Assembly: GCF_016433145.1 (NCBI RefSeq) | Contig: NC_058133.1 | Span: 35,276,492 to 35,340,491 of the forward strand | From: Gracilinanus agilis | Taxonomy: Eukaryota | Length of the DNA stretch: 64,000 nt | Direction: 5' to 3' | Notes under the pieces: model-generated | Told to the model about the DNA's origin: nothing | Databases searched by the model: none | Seen by the model: only the letters and a program-made list of their open reading frames with translations | In this document: positions 13,356 to 28,300 of the stretch, piece after piece | How positions within the stretch are numbered: the first letter of the stretch is position 1 | Layout of the letters: the number at the start of each line of letters is the position of its first letter | Made by a program: the position numbers and the translations under genes

Positions 13356-16300
13356 ATATATTTTATCCTAGTACTTGGCACACCAAAGGTGTTTAATAAG
13401 TGCTTGTTGACTTAGGACATCTGTAGGGGTGGAAATGGTTTGGTCAACTTGACTGTGTAGGAATTACTTAGAAAACTGATAAGTACGCTTCTTTTTAATA
13501 AAGTCCTGGACTTCTGTACTAGCAGCAATGCAATGACCCAGGACAATTCTGAGGGATTTATGGTAAAGACGCTACCCACACTCAGAGGAAGAACTGCAAG
13601 AGAGGAAACACAGAAGAAAAACAACTGCTTGAACACATGGGTTGAGGCGGACAGGATTGGGGATGTAGACTTGAAACTACCACACCAATGCAACTATCAA
13701 CAATTTGGAAATAGGTCTTGATCAATGACACATGACAAAACCAGTGGAAATGCGCATTGGCTGGGGGTGGGGGTGGGTGAAGGGGAAAGTAAGAGCATGA
13801 ATTATGTAACCATGTTAACTTGTCTAAAAAATAAATATTATTAAATGTAAAAAAAAAATAAAATCCTGGGACTCTGAGTTTCTGAGCTGAAAGGGGCCTT
13901 ATCCGCACCCCCCCCCCCCATTTTACAGATAGGAAACTGAGGCCAAGATTCGCCCAAGGTTGGCCCTTCCTCTCTCACCTTGCTGATCTCCGTCAAGGAC
14001 ATAGTGATGCTGTAGAGCTGGCTTTTGTTGGTGCTGACAATCAATGTCTCCTCAGAAGGACTGAAGCACATACAGAGAATCTCCTGTTTGTCAGACTGGC
14101 TTGGGTCATTGCTGTGTGGGTCCATTGGAATCTGCATGGCCACCAAACCCAGAGAAGGAAAATAGCTCACGTTTCTAGTGTCTGACATGTTAGATGTGCT
14201 TCACATGCACTGTCTAATTCTTCCTGAACCTTGAAGGCTCTTGTTATTACTTCCATTTTACAAAAGAGAAAACTGAGGCTGAGAGAAGGGATGCAATTTC
14301 CCAAGGGTCCTACAGTTAGTAAGTGTCAGAAGCAAGATTTGAACTAGATCTTGACTCCAAGTCCAGTACTCAAACTGACTGTGCCATGGGATAACAGTAG
14401 GGACCAGCTTCTCTGCAGAGTCAATAAATTATTTCCTTTGACTATTCTCACTGATCATTTTAATTTTAATAGCTTTAGCTTGACCCAGTCAGACTTGGAG
14501 AGGGAGAACTTAGAAATCTTCAACTTCTCCACTTTGAATAGCATTTATCAAAGAATAGGTGTTTGGTTATTATTGGTTTAAGATGAAGATTTTCCATTTC
14601 CTGGTAGGATTTTCTGATGAATCATTTTCTTTTTAAACCCTTAACTTCTATCTTAGACTCTCAGATACAAAGAATTGGTTCCAAGGAAGAAGAGAGGTAA
14701 AGGCTAGGCACTGGGGGCTAAGTAATTTGCCCAGGGTCACCCAGCTAGGAAGTGTCAGAGTACCCAGGTCCTCCCCAACTCCAGGCCTGGCTCTCTATCC
14801 CCTGAGCCATCTAGCTACCCTGACAAATCATTTTGCAAAGAAGGCCCAGGGAGCTGAGCTGAGCACAAGCTGCCCGGGACAATAGAGGAGCGAGGAAATC
14901 ATGAGAAGAGAAAGGCTTTGTGGGACCCAGAGCACTGGAGGCAGGTTACCTTGGCGACCTTTCCTGCCCACGTGTGTGCCGCTTCTTCCCACTGATGCCA
15001 CATGTATTCCATGGGAGAGTGTGCTCTCAGTTTGGGGAATGGGATAGTTTTCTTACTACTGTTCATGCCACACTATTTCAGTAAATGCTTGTTATGCCAA
15101 CCTTCTGACCCATAAAAGGGGGGATTCTATTATATCCCCTTAGTTTTATATTCAAGGACATTGAATGGTGCCCCAAAGACTAGAGGTTCATTTCCAAACT
15201 CACGGGATTTAAACCTATCATGTGACCACATTCAATTTATTCAGACTTGTCACTCATTGGACTTGATACCTGTGTCTATCCAGGTTTTCATTAATCCAAC
15301 AATCTGTCCTCTCCCTCAACTATATATCAAGAAAGTTCACAGAATCACAAAACTTGATTTGGAAGTCATATCAGTGGCTATCCAGTCCAGGTCATCTCAT
15401 CCCCGAATAAGAACCTTCTTCTTCTTCTTCTTCTTTTTTTAATTTTATTTTTTAGAAAATTTTTCCATGGTTCCATGATTCATGTTCTTATGCTCCCCCT
15501 GCCCATAGCTGATGCACATTTCCACTGGTTTTTACATGTGCCATCGATCAAGACCTATTTCCATATTATTGATAGTTGCACTGGGGTGGTCGTTTAGAGT
15601 CTACATCCCAAATCATGTCTGCATCTGCCCATGTGTTCAAGCAGTTGTTTTTCTTTTTTTTTTTTTTTTAAACCCTTGTACTTCGGTGTATTGTCTCATA
15701 GGTGGAAGATTGGTAAGGGTGGGCAATGGGGGTTAAGTGACTTGCCCAGGGTCACACAGCTGGGAAGTGGCTGAGGCCAGGTTTGAACCTAGGACCTCCT
15801 GTCTCTAGGCCTGACTCTCACTCCACTGAGCTACCCAGCTGCCCCAGTTGTTTTTCTTTTGTGTTTCCACTACTGTAGTTCTTCCTCTAAATGTGGAAAG
15901 CGGTTTTTTTTTTCCCATAAATCCCTCAGAATTGTCCCGGATCATTGCATTGCTGCTAGTAGAGAAGTCCATTACATTCGATTTTACCACAGTATATCTG
16001 TCTCTATGTACAATGTTCTTCTGGCTCTGCTCCTTTCACTCTGCATCAATTCCTGGAGGTCATTCCAGAAGAATCTTCTTTTCTTGACAAAAGGTCATCT
16101 GGTCAGTTTTGGAAGCCCCCAAGTGATGAGGTACTTGCTGCCTCTAGAAGCAGCCCAATCTCCCTTGAGATGGTGCCCCCTTTGGAAGGATTTAACTGCC
16201 ATCCAGCCAAAATCTGCTTCTCCGAAACTTCCGTTCCTTCTCCGTGTAGTTTTGCCTTTTATAGCTATGCCAAGCCAAGCTGATCTCTCCTCCAAATAAT

Positions 16301-19300
16301 AGACTTTCCAATACTTAAGAGAGCTGCCATATTGTCCCAAAGTTTCCTCTTCTCTGGATTCCATCCCCACACCTTTAAAGCTGTTCTTGGCCGTTAGGTC
16401 CTTTTCTCTTCTGAATGTTCTCCTCTGTTTGTCCTTAACCAGAACTGATCAGTAGCCTCAAAAGTAGTCATTACCACTACAGGGGCCTATGTGTAACCCT
16501 GTAGGTGGCTATCCTCCAACATTCTGGCCTGCAAGCTCTAACCAGTGTGCTTCCCTTTAACAATCAGCCAAAAGACTTGAAACTTTAACAGAGGCATTTC
16601 CTCAAGGGGCATAGTAAAGGCAGCAGCTACAAAGCATTTCCTCCCAAGGGGTGGACGCTATCACAAATACACACAGAGTCCAGAAGGGTGGGAGAAAGAG
16701 TAGGCACAAATCTAAAATACAGTGAAATGTACTGTAGATAGATATAGAGCATCCATGGGTCCAAGGCAACCTACAACTCTGGAACTGTGGACCCCAATGT
16801 CCTTCTCTCTTCAGAGGGGCTTCCCAAAGTTCTCTACAGGTAGTTACACTGTTCAGCAGGGCTGGCTTTTTGCAGGGCACGATACCTCCCCTGGATGGGC
16901 AGCTTTGCTGGGCTGGCTCTGGCAAGGCTGTAGTGGGGCTGCATGGGCTACGCTGTTGCTAGGATGGGTGGAGCAGGTCATGTCATTGACTGTTCGGCCT
17001 CCTCACCACCATGCTCAGCTGTTCCTAGACTGTGCCAAGCAGGCCACACTGTTGCTGGCCAGGGCTGCCAGAGAGCTGCCAGATTGGGTAGGGCTCAATA
17101 GCTGGCCCTTCTCAGACATGGCGTCTCTGCCAGAGACTCATGCTGGTCTCCTGGGCTCATTCTTCAAAGGGCAGCATTGGTACTTTTCAACATTTGGACA
17201 TCAGCTGAGCTGGGCAGTACTGTGCATTCATTCAGTCAGAGTGCTACCTATGTCCTTTTTTCATAAGGAATGCTACAAAGCTCTTTCAGCTAGGGCTTAG
17301 GAGAAACTTAGGAGAAACAGAAACATATCCCCTCGGACTCCCTCAGAGGCTCAGGTCCAGCCAGGAGAAAAAGGATTTGTCTTCCTATTGACCAAATCTT
17401 CTTGTCTCAAAAACCCCTCATCTAGAGTAAGCCATTGCATGTTGACCTAGGGGTTAGATTCAGTGAGTTTCAACTCTAATACTGTTGAGCAATCTAATAT
17501 AATATAGAATTATCTAGGAACAAGGTGTAAGGGGTAAGTTCATTGTATTGCAGGCTTTTTCATATGCAACTAAAGTATTCAAGCCTCCCATCCTTTCTCA
17601 GCTAAGTAAAATCTATTTTCCGTTTGAAGGCTCTTGCCTTTACCTTATACTATCTTTGTTTTTTAGGCACTTATAGACCTTCGGCTTTTGCTGAATTCTC
17701 AACCCCTAAGTACCCCTCAGGTACCTAGAACTGAACACTGTCCTAGAGATATAGACAAATCAGGGCAGAAGGCAGATGGACTCTTGCCTTCGAGGATCTA
17801 GGCTTTCTTGAAGTCAGCTAACATATTCCCTTCAGGTACATTAAGCACAGGGACATGGATGGACACTTTGGTGTCGCCTCAGTCTGGCCTCCCATCACAG
17901 CATCTGGCTCTCTATTCTCCCCAGTTGCATTTACAAATCTCATTACATTACATCTCTACAATCCAGAATGCTGAATTTCCCCTTCCTGATCATCCCCTCT
18001 GCCCTTTTAGCTCCCCATACTTATCATTTATTCAAGATTCTGCCAGCTATTGTCTACAGACCTCCAAGACATTCAGAGCTCAGGCCTGGCTTGCAGTCTT
18101 TCCTAACCAACTCTTACTCTCAAACTAGAAGACTTCAGCATACATACTGATACTTTCTAAAATACCTTAACCTGCTAGTTCCTCAGTTTAATGATTTCCC
18201 ATGACCTAGTCCTCCATTCCAGCACAGTGAAAGACAGAGACAGTCAGTTAATCAGTCAGTTGACAAGCATTTGTGCCAGGCACTGTGCTAAGGCCTGGGC
18301 ATACAAAGAAAGGCAAAAGACAGTCCTTGTTCTCAAAGAGCTCCCAGTCTAATGGAGAAGCATATGTAAACAACTAAATACAAATAAGCCAAAGACAGAA
18401 TAAAGTGGAGAAAATTAAGAGAGGAAAGGCATTACTACTATTAAGAAGGTTTGGGAAAGGCTTCCTGTAGAAAATGGGATTTTTAGCTGGGACTCAAAGG
18501 AAGCCAGAGAAGCCAAGGAATGGAGATGAGGAGGAAAAGTATTCCAGGCATGGGGAACAGCCAATAAAAATGACCAGAACTAGGAGATGGAATGTCTTAT
18601 TTGAGGAACAGCATGGAGGCCAATCACTGGATCACAGACTATATGAAGAGGAAGATTTACATCTTATTGAAGATTGGACAAGAAGAGGGGAGGAAAGGTT
18701 AAAAAGGTCTCCGAATGCCATACAGAGGATTTTATATTTGATCTGGATGTGATGAGAGCCAATGGAGTTTATTAAGTAGGGGAGGGGGTGACAGTTAAAT
18801 CTGCACTTTAGGGAGGTCACTTTGCTATGAAATGAAGATAGTCCAGAATGGGGAGAAACTTGAGACAGGCAGACCCAGTAGCAGCTAGTACAGTGGTCTA
18901 GTTGTGAGGTGAAAAGGGCTTACACCAGGGTTGGGACAGTCTAAACAAAGATAATCTGTTTACATTCTAATATGGAGAATGTGTCCCGTCTAAACCCTAT
19001 CATTATCTGGGGTCATATAAGGTGTCTAATTAAGAGAAGGCCTGCGAGTGTCTTGTGATGTCTTCATTATTTTATAGGAAGAAAACACAAAGTTGGGCAC
19101 AGAAATAATACTCTCTCAAGAGAGGAATAGGAGAGAAAGGGAAGAAGGGAGAGGGAGGAAATTAAAAGGAGGTTACATTATGGGAGAGATTTAATGTTCC
19201 AAGCAAAACAAACTCTAACAATGTACAAAATGTTTGTCACTCTTTTTGTGGTCACAATGAATTGGAATCTGAGGAGATACCATCAACTGGGAAATGATTA

Positions 19301-22300
19301 AACAAATCCTCATATATAAATGTGATGGAATACTCTTGTCTTATAAGAAGAGATCCAGGAGATGGTTTTAGAGAAACTTGGGAAGACTTGTATGAACTGA
19401 TAAAGTGAGCAGAATGAGGAGAACAGTTTATACAGTGACAAAACAGTAAAGCCAAAGACTGAGTAACTTAGTATAAGAACCAACTACAATTCTAGGAGTC
19501 CCAAGAAAGGTGAAAGACTTAAATTGTAAGATTTTATTTGATATTTGATAAGATAATATGGAAATCTGTTTTGCTTGGCTATACAGGTTTGTAACTGGGG
19601 TTTTTCTTTATCAAGGAAGGACTAGATAGGTGGGAGGGAAAGGAAGATTTTTGCTGATTAAAAAAAAATTATTAAAAAAAGGGAGAAAAATCCTCTAACT
19701 GGGAGATCCCAATGTATCTTTTCTAACTCAACCTCCAATCTATTTACATGCCATCTGTCAAGAATTAAACAAATACAATAAAAAGACAAATGAGAATTTA
19801 AGGATATAAAGAGAACTTTGGAATGGGAACAGAAAGAAGCTTCCATATTATTTTTATTGTTCATGGCACCTTTCCAAAAATTGACAGTGGGGCATAAATA
19901 AATAAATAAGTGCAGAAAAGCAAAAATATTAACTATATCATTTACTGACTATAATATAATAAAATTTATATTCAATAAGGGATCTCTGAAGAAAGAATAA
20001 AAATTAATTGGAGTATACATCTTAAAGAATTAAAGAATGGAAAATAAATCACGGGCATAATAGAAAATTTTATCAATGAAAATGACAAAAATTGAGACAT
20101 ATACCAAAAGGTATGGGATACAGCTAAAGCAATTTTTATAGTAAAATTTGTAACTTTAAACTCTTTCATCAATAAATGAAAGGACAACTTAATAATTTTG
20201 AGCATATAGCTAAAAAAATCTCAAAAACTAGAAAAACAACAAATCAAAACCCTCCAATACCAAAATAAAAATTCTGAAAATCAAGGAAGATATTAACAAG
20301 TTAAAAAGAAAGGACTTCAGTGAGTAGATATATAATTCTTGAAATAGTTTTTCTTGGGGAAAACTAATAAAATAGCTAGTTTAATTTTTTAAAAGATGGG
20401 AAAAGCAAAGTGTTTATATCAAAAATAAAAGAGAATTCACAACTATTTAAGAAAATTATGAAGGAAACTATCAGAAGCTATTTTACTCAACTCTAACATG
20501 CCAACAAAATTGATAAATCAGATGAAATGAATGAATATTTGCAAAAAAAATAGAATCCTCTGATTAACAGAAGAAGTAAGTTATTTAAGAAGGTTATTTA
20601 AATAACTAATATCAGAAAAAGAAATTGAATAAGGTGTAAATTAATTTCTGAAAGAAAAAAAACACTAGGACTATCAAATCTTTAAAGAACAATTAATTTT
20701 AATATTACCTAAGCTGTTCACCAAAATAGGAAAATAAAGGAATCTTCCAAGTGCCTTCTATGATACAAATAGGATCCTGATACCTAAATCATGGAGAGAC
20801 AAAGCAGAAAAAGAAAAGTATAGACCAATATTCCTAATGAACATTGTTACAAAAAATTTAAATAAAATACTAGCAAAGAGACTAAAACATATTAAAAAGA
20901 TTATATACACTGACCAGGTTAAATTTTTACCAGAAATGCAGGTTCAGTTTGATAAAAGGAAAATTTATCACAACTATAATAGATCATATGAATAAGGAAA
21001 ATAACATTATATACATAGATGCTGAAAAGATTGACAAAATCCAAAACCTATTTCTGTCAAAAACTTTTGAAATCATGAGAATAAATGGACTTTTCCTCAT
21101 CATGGTAAGTAGCATATATTTAAAATCAAGAACAAATATATGTAATAGAGAAAGATTAGAAGACTTTCCATGAAGAATAGAGGTAAAGCAAGGGTCAATG
21201 CTCATTACTATTGCTACAATTTAATATAATTCTAGAAGTTCTCAATCTAGTGATAAGAGAAATAAATCAAAAGCATAAACACAGGCAAAGAAGAAATGGA
21301 ATTAATATTTTCTGCAAATGACATGATGGTGTATGTAGAGAAATCTAAAGAGTCAAGTAAAGGACCAGTTAGGTGGCTCAGTGTGTGGAGAGTCAGGCCT
21401 GGAGTCAGAAGGTCCTAGGTTCAAATCTGGCCTCAGATACTTCTTGGCTGTGTGACCCTACGCAAGTAATTTAACCTCAATTGCCTAGCCCTTACTGCTC
21501 GTCTGCCTTGGAACCAATATTATTATTATGTATTAGTAGACAGAAGGTAAGGGATTTAGAAAAAGTCAACTAAAAATGAGCTAAAAGAACTAATACATTC
21601 AGTAAAACTGCAAAATATAAAACAAATCACCAGAATTTCTATATATTATCAAAAACCTAGTAGGAAGAGAATAGAAGTTTCATAAAAAATAATGTAAGAA
21701 ATAAAATATCTGGGAATGTACCTACCAAGACACACAGGAACTAAATGAATATAATTACAAAACAATCTCTATAGAAATACAGACCAAAATAACTGGAAAA
21801 ATATTAATTGCTCATGACTAGGTTAAACTAATATAATAAAATTACTAACAAAGAACTTATTCAATGTCGTGCCAATCAAAGTACTAAAGTACTATTTTGT
21901 AAGGGCTAGAAAAATAATAATTAAATTGATCTGGAGGAACAAAAGGTCAGGAATCTAAAGGGAAAGAATGAAAAAAAAAGGTGGGAAAGAAGAAGGCCTA
22001 TTTGTACCAGATCTTCAACTAGACTATAAGGCAGTAATAATCAAAATTACTTGGTCCTGTTTAAAAAATAGAATATGATGAGTGGAAGAGATTATATATA
22101 CAATAGAAAGGTATAAACACAGTTGCCTAGTGTTTGAGAAATGCAAAGACCCTAGGAGCTGGGATAAGGGCTCAATAGTTAACAAAAGCAGGGGGTAACC
22201 TGGGGGGGCTCAGTGGATTGAGAGTCAGGCCTAGAGATGGAAAGTCCTGGGTTCTTGCCTCAGATACTTCCTAGTTGTGTGACCCTGAGCAAGTCACTTA

Positions 22301-25300
22301 ACCCTCAATGCTTAGCCTTTACAATTCTTCTGCCTTGGAACCAATACACAGTATTGATTCTAAGGTGGAAGGGAAGGGTTAAAAAAAAAAATTTAACAAA
22401 AGCAGTTTGAAAAACTGCGAAAATAATCTGGCAGAAACTTCTATGAAGATAAATTCCAAATACATGCATTAGATATAGAGTTGATATTATAAAAAAATTA
22501 GAGCAGCAAAGGAGAAATTAATTGCCTTTCTTTTTAAAAAGAACAACAACCCTCACCTTTTTTCTTATTATCCATTCTAAGCCACAAGAGTGGCAAGGCC
22601 TAGCAACTGGAGTTAAGTGACTTGCCCAGGGTCACATTGCTAATTAGTGTCTGAGGCCAGGTTTGAACCCAGGACCTTCTTTCTAACTCCAGGCCTGATG
22701 CTCTATCCATTATGCTACTCAGCTGCCCCTTCAATTACCTATCATATCCATGGATAAGAGAAGAGAAGAGCTCATTACCAAAAAATAGATATTGTATCAC
22801 CAAAAAAAAATGGACAATTTTGTTTATGTAAAATTTAAAGGATTTTAAATATATATATACACACACATTTATATACACACACACATGTATACATATAATT
22901 AGAAGGGAAAATATCTGTAGGAAGTTTCTCTGATCCAAGATATATATGGTACTGATTCAAATTTATAAGAAAAAGAGTCATTCCCCACATGATAAATGCT
23001 TTAAATCACTAATAAGAAAAATGTAAATTAAATAAACCACCTCACATCTATTGGATTTGCAAAGCTGACAGAAGGATATGACTAATGCTGGAGTGACTGT
23101 GAGAAAACAGATAGACATACCCTATTACGAGAGATGTGAATTGGTCTAGTCATTCTGGAATGCAATTTGGAACTACTGCAGCCAAAGTCACTAAACTGTA
23201 CATACTCTTTGATCATGTGAAACCACTATTAAGTCTATGCCCCAAAGAGATCAGAGAAAAAGGACCCATATGTGTGAAAATTATATGTTTATGGCAGCTT
23301 TTTGTGGTGGTAAAAAACAGGAAACCAAGGAATTATCTATTTACTGGGCAATAGCTAAAGAAATGGAGGTATATGAATTGAAATGAAATATATAAATGGC
23401 AAAATAAATGGTTTTGGAGAAACCTAGAAATAATTTGGAAAATTCATGTGAACTAATGCAGAGTCAACTGAGAAGAACCATGAGGACAAATTATACAACA
23501 ACAACAGTATAAGGAAAAACAACTTTTTTTGAGATATGAGAATTCTGATCAGCACATTGATCAACTATGACTCTAGAGGCCTCATGAAGAAGTGTGTTCC
23601 CACCTCTTACAAGAGAGGTGATCAACTCAAAGAGACTGAAGGAAACATACATTTTGGATGAAGCTAGTGAGGGAATTTGTTCCTTTTTCTTTTCCAATGG
23701 GGAAAGCAAAGGTAGGGGTGGATACAAATTGGGAAGTAATATTTTAAAAAAAGGAAAAAAGAAAGAAAAATAGTTATTGAGGAACCTTTTTGAAAAAATC
23801 AGAGGGGGCAGCTGGGTAGCTCAGTGGATTGAGAGTCAGGCCTAGAGGTGGGAGGTCCTGGGTTCAAATCTGGCCTCAGACACTTCCCAGCTGTGTGACC
23901 CTGGGCAAGTCACTTGACCCCCATTGCCCACCCTCACCACTCTTCTGCCTTGGAGCCAATACACAGAAGTTAAGGGTTTAAAAAAGAAAAGAAAAAAATC
24001 AGAGAAGGGAAGAGAAGGTAGGCTAGAGAGCACCAAGAAGATAGACAGCTTTGAAACCTAGATCCTGTGGACCTCAGCACCTTTAAGATTGGGTTATAGA
24101 GCACATGACACCTTTGGAGAGAGTGGTTCTATCAATGATGAGATTCAAATAGGGAAAGCACAAAAGAAATGATGTCAGGGCAGGTAAGGAGACGTTGCTG
24201 TCCCACCTTGGCTCTCCCTAGGCATTTTCTTAGGTACACTGATGCTGTTCTCCTCCTCTGGACGATGCCTCTCCCCTTCCATCCTACCAACTTTCCTGAG
24301 TTCTCTCAAAATCTTGGGGTTCCTTTCAGATCAGGCTCTTGGCACAGGTTTGGGCTGTTTGTCTCCTAGCACTGAGGCCTCTTATTCATTATTCATTTAG
24401 TACCTGTTTTCACTTCTTATGTGATAACATTTATCTCCCATTGGTGAGTAAACTCTTTGAAGGCAAACACTGCCCCCAACACATAGTAGGCACTTAATAC
24501 TTTTTGTATTGAAGATTCAGCCTCCTGTGGCATACCCTTTCTTGTAGGACCCAGCTTGGTAGAAGCTTCTAGAAGGGCCTTCAAGAACCCAAGAAGACTT
24601 TGGAAAGATGCAGGAGTATCTGTTTTCAGTAATCCTCCTTGTACCTTTTCTCTTCCTTTGGGAGATTCCAGGACCTTTCCAACAAGATCTGGCTATGTCT
24701 TCAGGTCAGTCTGGTTTTTTAGATCTCTTCCTTTTCTGCTCCTTCTATCTTCTGGCCCTCACACTTCCCCTATAGCTGATGACACCATATCCCTAGCCAC
24801 TCTTTCTAGGACCAATTGTACCTCTCACACCCATGATGCAGTGATCCTGGAGGGAGTCACACCACTCCCTGGTCCCCAGAGTCACTTCCAAATACTCCTT
24901 CTGCTGCAGTCCCTTAGTTATTTATCTCCTTGGAGGTTGCCTGAATCCAAATATAACTCCTAATCCAGATCCAGGGGGCTGTCCTTCTCCCTACTTTCCC
25001 AAGGAATCCTGAAGAAGATAGACAGGGGAGCTCTTGCTATGCTTTCAGCCCTCTTCCTTACCCGAATCTCCCGACTCTCCCGGTAGGAATCCTTCTCTTC
25101 CATCTTCTCAAAGAGTACGACTCTCCCCAGCCCAGCAGAGCAGGCAAAGCCCTTCGAGTAGGGAGCAATGGCAGACACCTGGGGCAACAAATTCTGGCTC
25201 TGGCCCCTTTCCAAAAAGAGCTGCTCATTAGACATATCAGGAGAGCTTGGTACTGGGAATTCAATGAGGCTGCAAAAGGAAAATATCAAATCACATGAAT

Positions 25301-28300
25301 CCACAGGAGCCTCAAAAAAAAAAGGGGGGGGGCTGAGGCTACCTGTGGTGAGAAGGAAGAAACCCAATGGCTGCTGAACAGGATGCGGATGCTCACCTTT
25401 TGAGCTTGGTGTGTCAAAATTTGCCAAAAAACAAAGCATAACTCAGGTGAAGTGTCACTAAGAAAAAAACTGTAATTTCGTGATATTTATAGTTTAAATA
25501 ACAAAAATGTATAATTGTAATATATAACTGTATTTAATAAACCAAAAATAGGTAAATTAATATAGGTAGAATTGTCATGTCTAGTGCACAGAGTGTCTAC
25601 ACTACTCTACAGCAAATGTTTCATTCTCGCCATGCAGTCCCATACTTCTCTGCTTTAAGGCCTGCATCTCTCCTCCTAAGATTAGACCAGACAGAGGTGC
25701 TCTGAAGTACCAGTGACCTAGCACAAAACACATGCATTCTCTCAGGCCATAAGGTGTGTAAAGGATACTTAAAACAGAGAGAGGAAGGGGTGTATTAATC
25801 TTGAAAATATTTTAGGGGTACTCAAAAGCTGGCTCTTATGAGCAATTTGCTCTGTAACCTCGAGTTCAGTGAAGACCTTAATTGTGTCAAATTCCTAACC
25901 CATCTCAGAGGAAGATTGACCAGATATCTCAGTATCTTTGTTTTGCCAATAACAACATTTGTATCAAACAAGCTCAGATGCCTTAAGTCAAATGAATTCC
26001 TGATCTAGGCCTTAGCTATGCCTATTGTTTCGTGTATCTGGTGACAATGACCTCATAATGTTAATTGATCAGACCACCCTTTATCACTCTCCCTTTCCCC
26101 TTCCCTTTTTATAACCCCCAAATAAATCAGTATGTTGGCTCAGAGCTAACTGGCTGTCAGACTTACTGTTAGGCTGGAACTCTATGTGTCTGTGTCTCTG
26201 TTCCATCTCTACATCTTCTCTTCTTTAACTTTAACTCTTCACCTATATTCACTCAGTCCCCAGGTCCCCTTTTCTTGTGTTCTACCCATGAGGAAGTTTA
26301 GTGAAGTTGGTGGGAGGCTTCAAAGGGAGTCAATTCATCATTTTGCCCCCCTGACCTTCTTGGTCTCTGGTAGGGAAATCAGAAGAGTCTGGGTGTCTTT
26401 TGTTCCAAGTGAGAGGCTAGGGTGGGAGGGGAAGCACACAGGTGATGTGCCACGCCACAAGGGAGGGCTCATGAGCTGCAGTGGTAGCAGCTGTTGCTCA
26501 AAAGAGAGATGGATCAGAGCAGGAAGGTGAACAAGCTGTTTGTAGTCTCTACCAGGAGCACAAGAAAACGGCTTGCAAACAACCCAACAGGAGGCCTGGA
26601 TCCTGAAGGACACTCACCTGCCTAGGGTAGGCAGTCCTGTTAGGAGGCCTCTGAATACCTGCTGAGCTGAGCCTATTCCAATAGCTTTGGAAAATGAGTT
26701 GTCCAAACATGGAACTTCAATAACCCAACCACCCAGAGTAGATCAGCATCTGATTTTCTCTCTGCATTTACACATGCCCTGATGATTTAGTTGTTGGCAT
26801 ACTCTTTATAGGCATGTGTTCTGTAATAGGTTTGTGTTCTCTGGATTTGGCAGAAAGCTTCTTTAGGGTAGGTCTCACTTGCTATCTGCATTCAGGTCAA
26901 ATCTGGTAGTTGTAGCAGTTGTAGAGTCAGAGCTCTGTCCTAGACCCTCTTCTTTTCTCCCTCTATAGTCCAGTATTTCACTTGGTGATCTCCTCAGCAA
27001 CCATGATCTTAATTCTCTTCTCTCTCCTAATGATAATCCAGCTCCAATTTCTCTCCCAACTTCAAGTCTCCTGCTTCTGACTGCTTATTAGACTAGATAT
27101 CTCAAACTGGATGTTGCACAGACATTTTAAACTGAATGTATCCCAAACTGAACTCATTATCTTCTCTCCCTCCACCCCCCAAAACTCTTACCTTCCTTCT
27201 TAGACTCAACACTGAGTATTGGTTCCAAGGCAGAAGAGCCATAAAGGCTACACAATTGGGGTTAAGTGACTTGCCCAGAGTAACATGGCTAGTAAGTATC
27301 TAAGACCAGATTTGAACTTAGGTTCTCCTGGCTCTAGATCTGGAGCTCTAATCCACTGAGCCATCCAGCTGCCCCTGCTGTGTTTCAAAAGCATTGGTTT
27401 CTTCTCTGTTTTATTTTAAAGATTTACAAATAAGATTCTGAGATGGGGTCCCAAGGCTTCACTCTTAGGGAATTTATATCCTATAAGGGAGGGGCAACAT
27501 GATTCCAGGTAAGAAATGACAAGCAAATTCAGGGCAGGAGCATGTGCTGACAGCTGGGAAGAATTAAGCAAGGACATCTTGTGTCCAACCTGTACCTGAC
27601 CAGAAGGGATGTTCCCTCCAAAGCAGCCATGATTGGGATTCAACGAGATCACATATGCACAATACTCTGTAAAGATTAAAGTACTATGNNNNNNNNNNNN
27701 NNNNNNNNNNNNNNNNNNNNNNNNNNNNNNNNNNNNNNNNNNNNNNNNNNNNNNNNNNNNNNNNNNNNNNNNNNNNNNNNNNNNNNNNNNNNNNNNNNNN
27801 NNNNNNNNNNNNNNNNNNNNNNNNNNNNNNNNNNNNNNNNNNNNNNNNNNNNNNNNNNNNCATCCAGCCTTCATATGAAGATCTCCAGCTGGGAGTGAGG
27901 GTGGGGTGAGAGTGTTGGACATTAAACTTTTGGATAGTAACTTAAAACATTTCTTGAAGCACTTACTATGTGCTAGGCACTGAGGATACAAAAGTAAAAG
28001 AACAATGGAGATTGGCATGTGCTTCCCCTTGAGGAATTTCCACTCTAATAGGGGAGGCAACACCTGAAGGGGAGGTGGAAAGTAGGGGAAAGAGGGGGAA
28101 CTGAGTTGGGGCAGATAGAGTAGACCAGAAAGTAAGCCTGGAAACCCGAGTTCATATTGCATCTCCAAGTCACCAGCTCCATGATCTGGTGTCTCTATTT
28201 CCTCACTGACAGTGTGAATGATGGAGACATATTCTTCACCTGGCTGAGTGGTGAGGAAACTGCTTTGTAAAACTTCAAGTGCGGCATGAATGGAAGGCAT

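Noticed and set aside
27416-28300. Longest ORFs in the track (294 aa and overlapping frames)
   Set aside because: They are open only because they span the 172-N gap.
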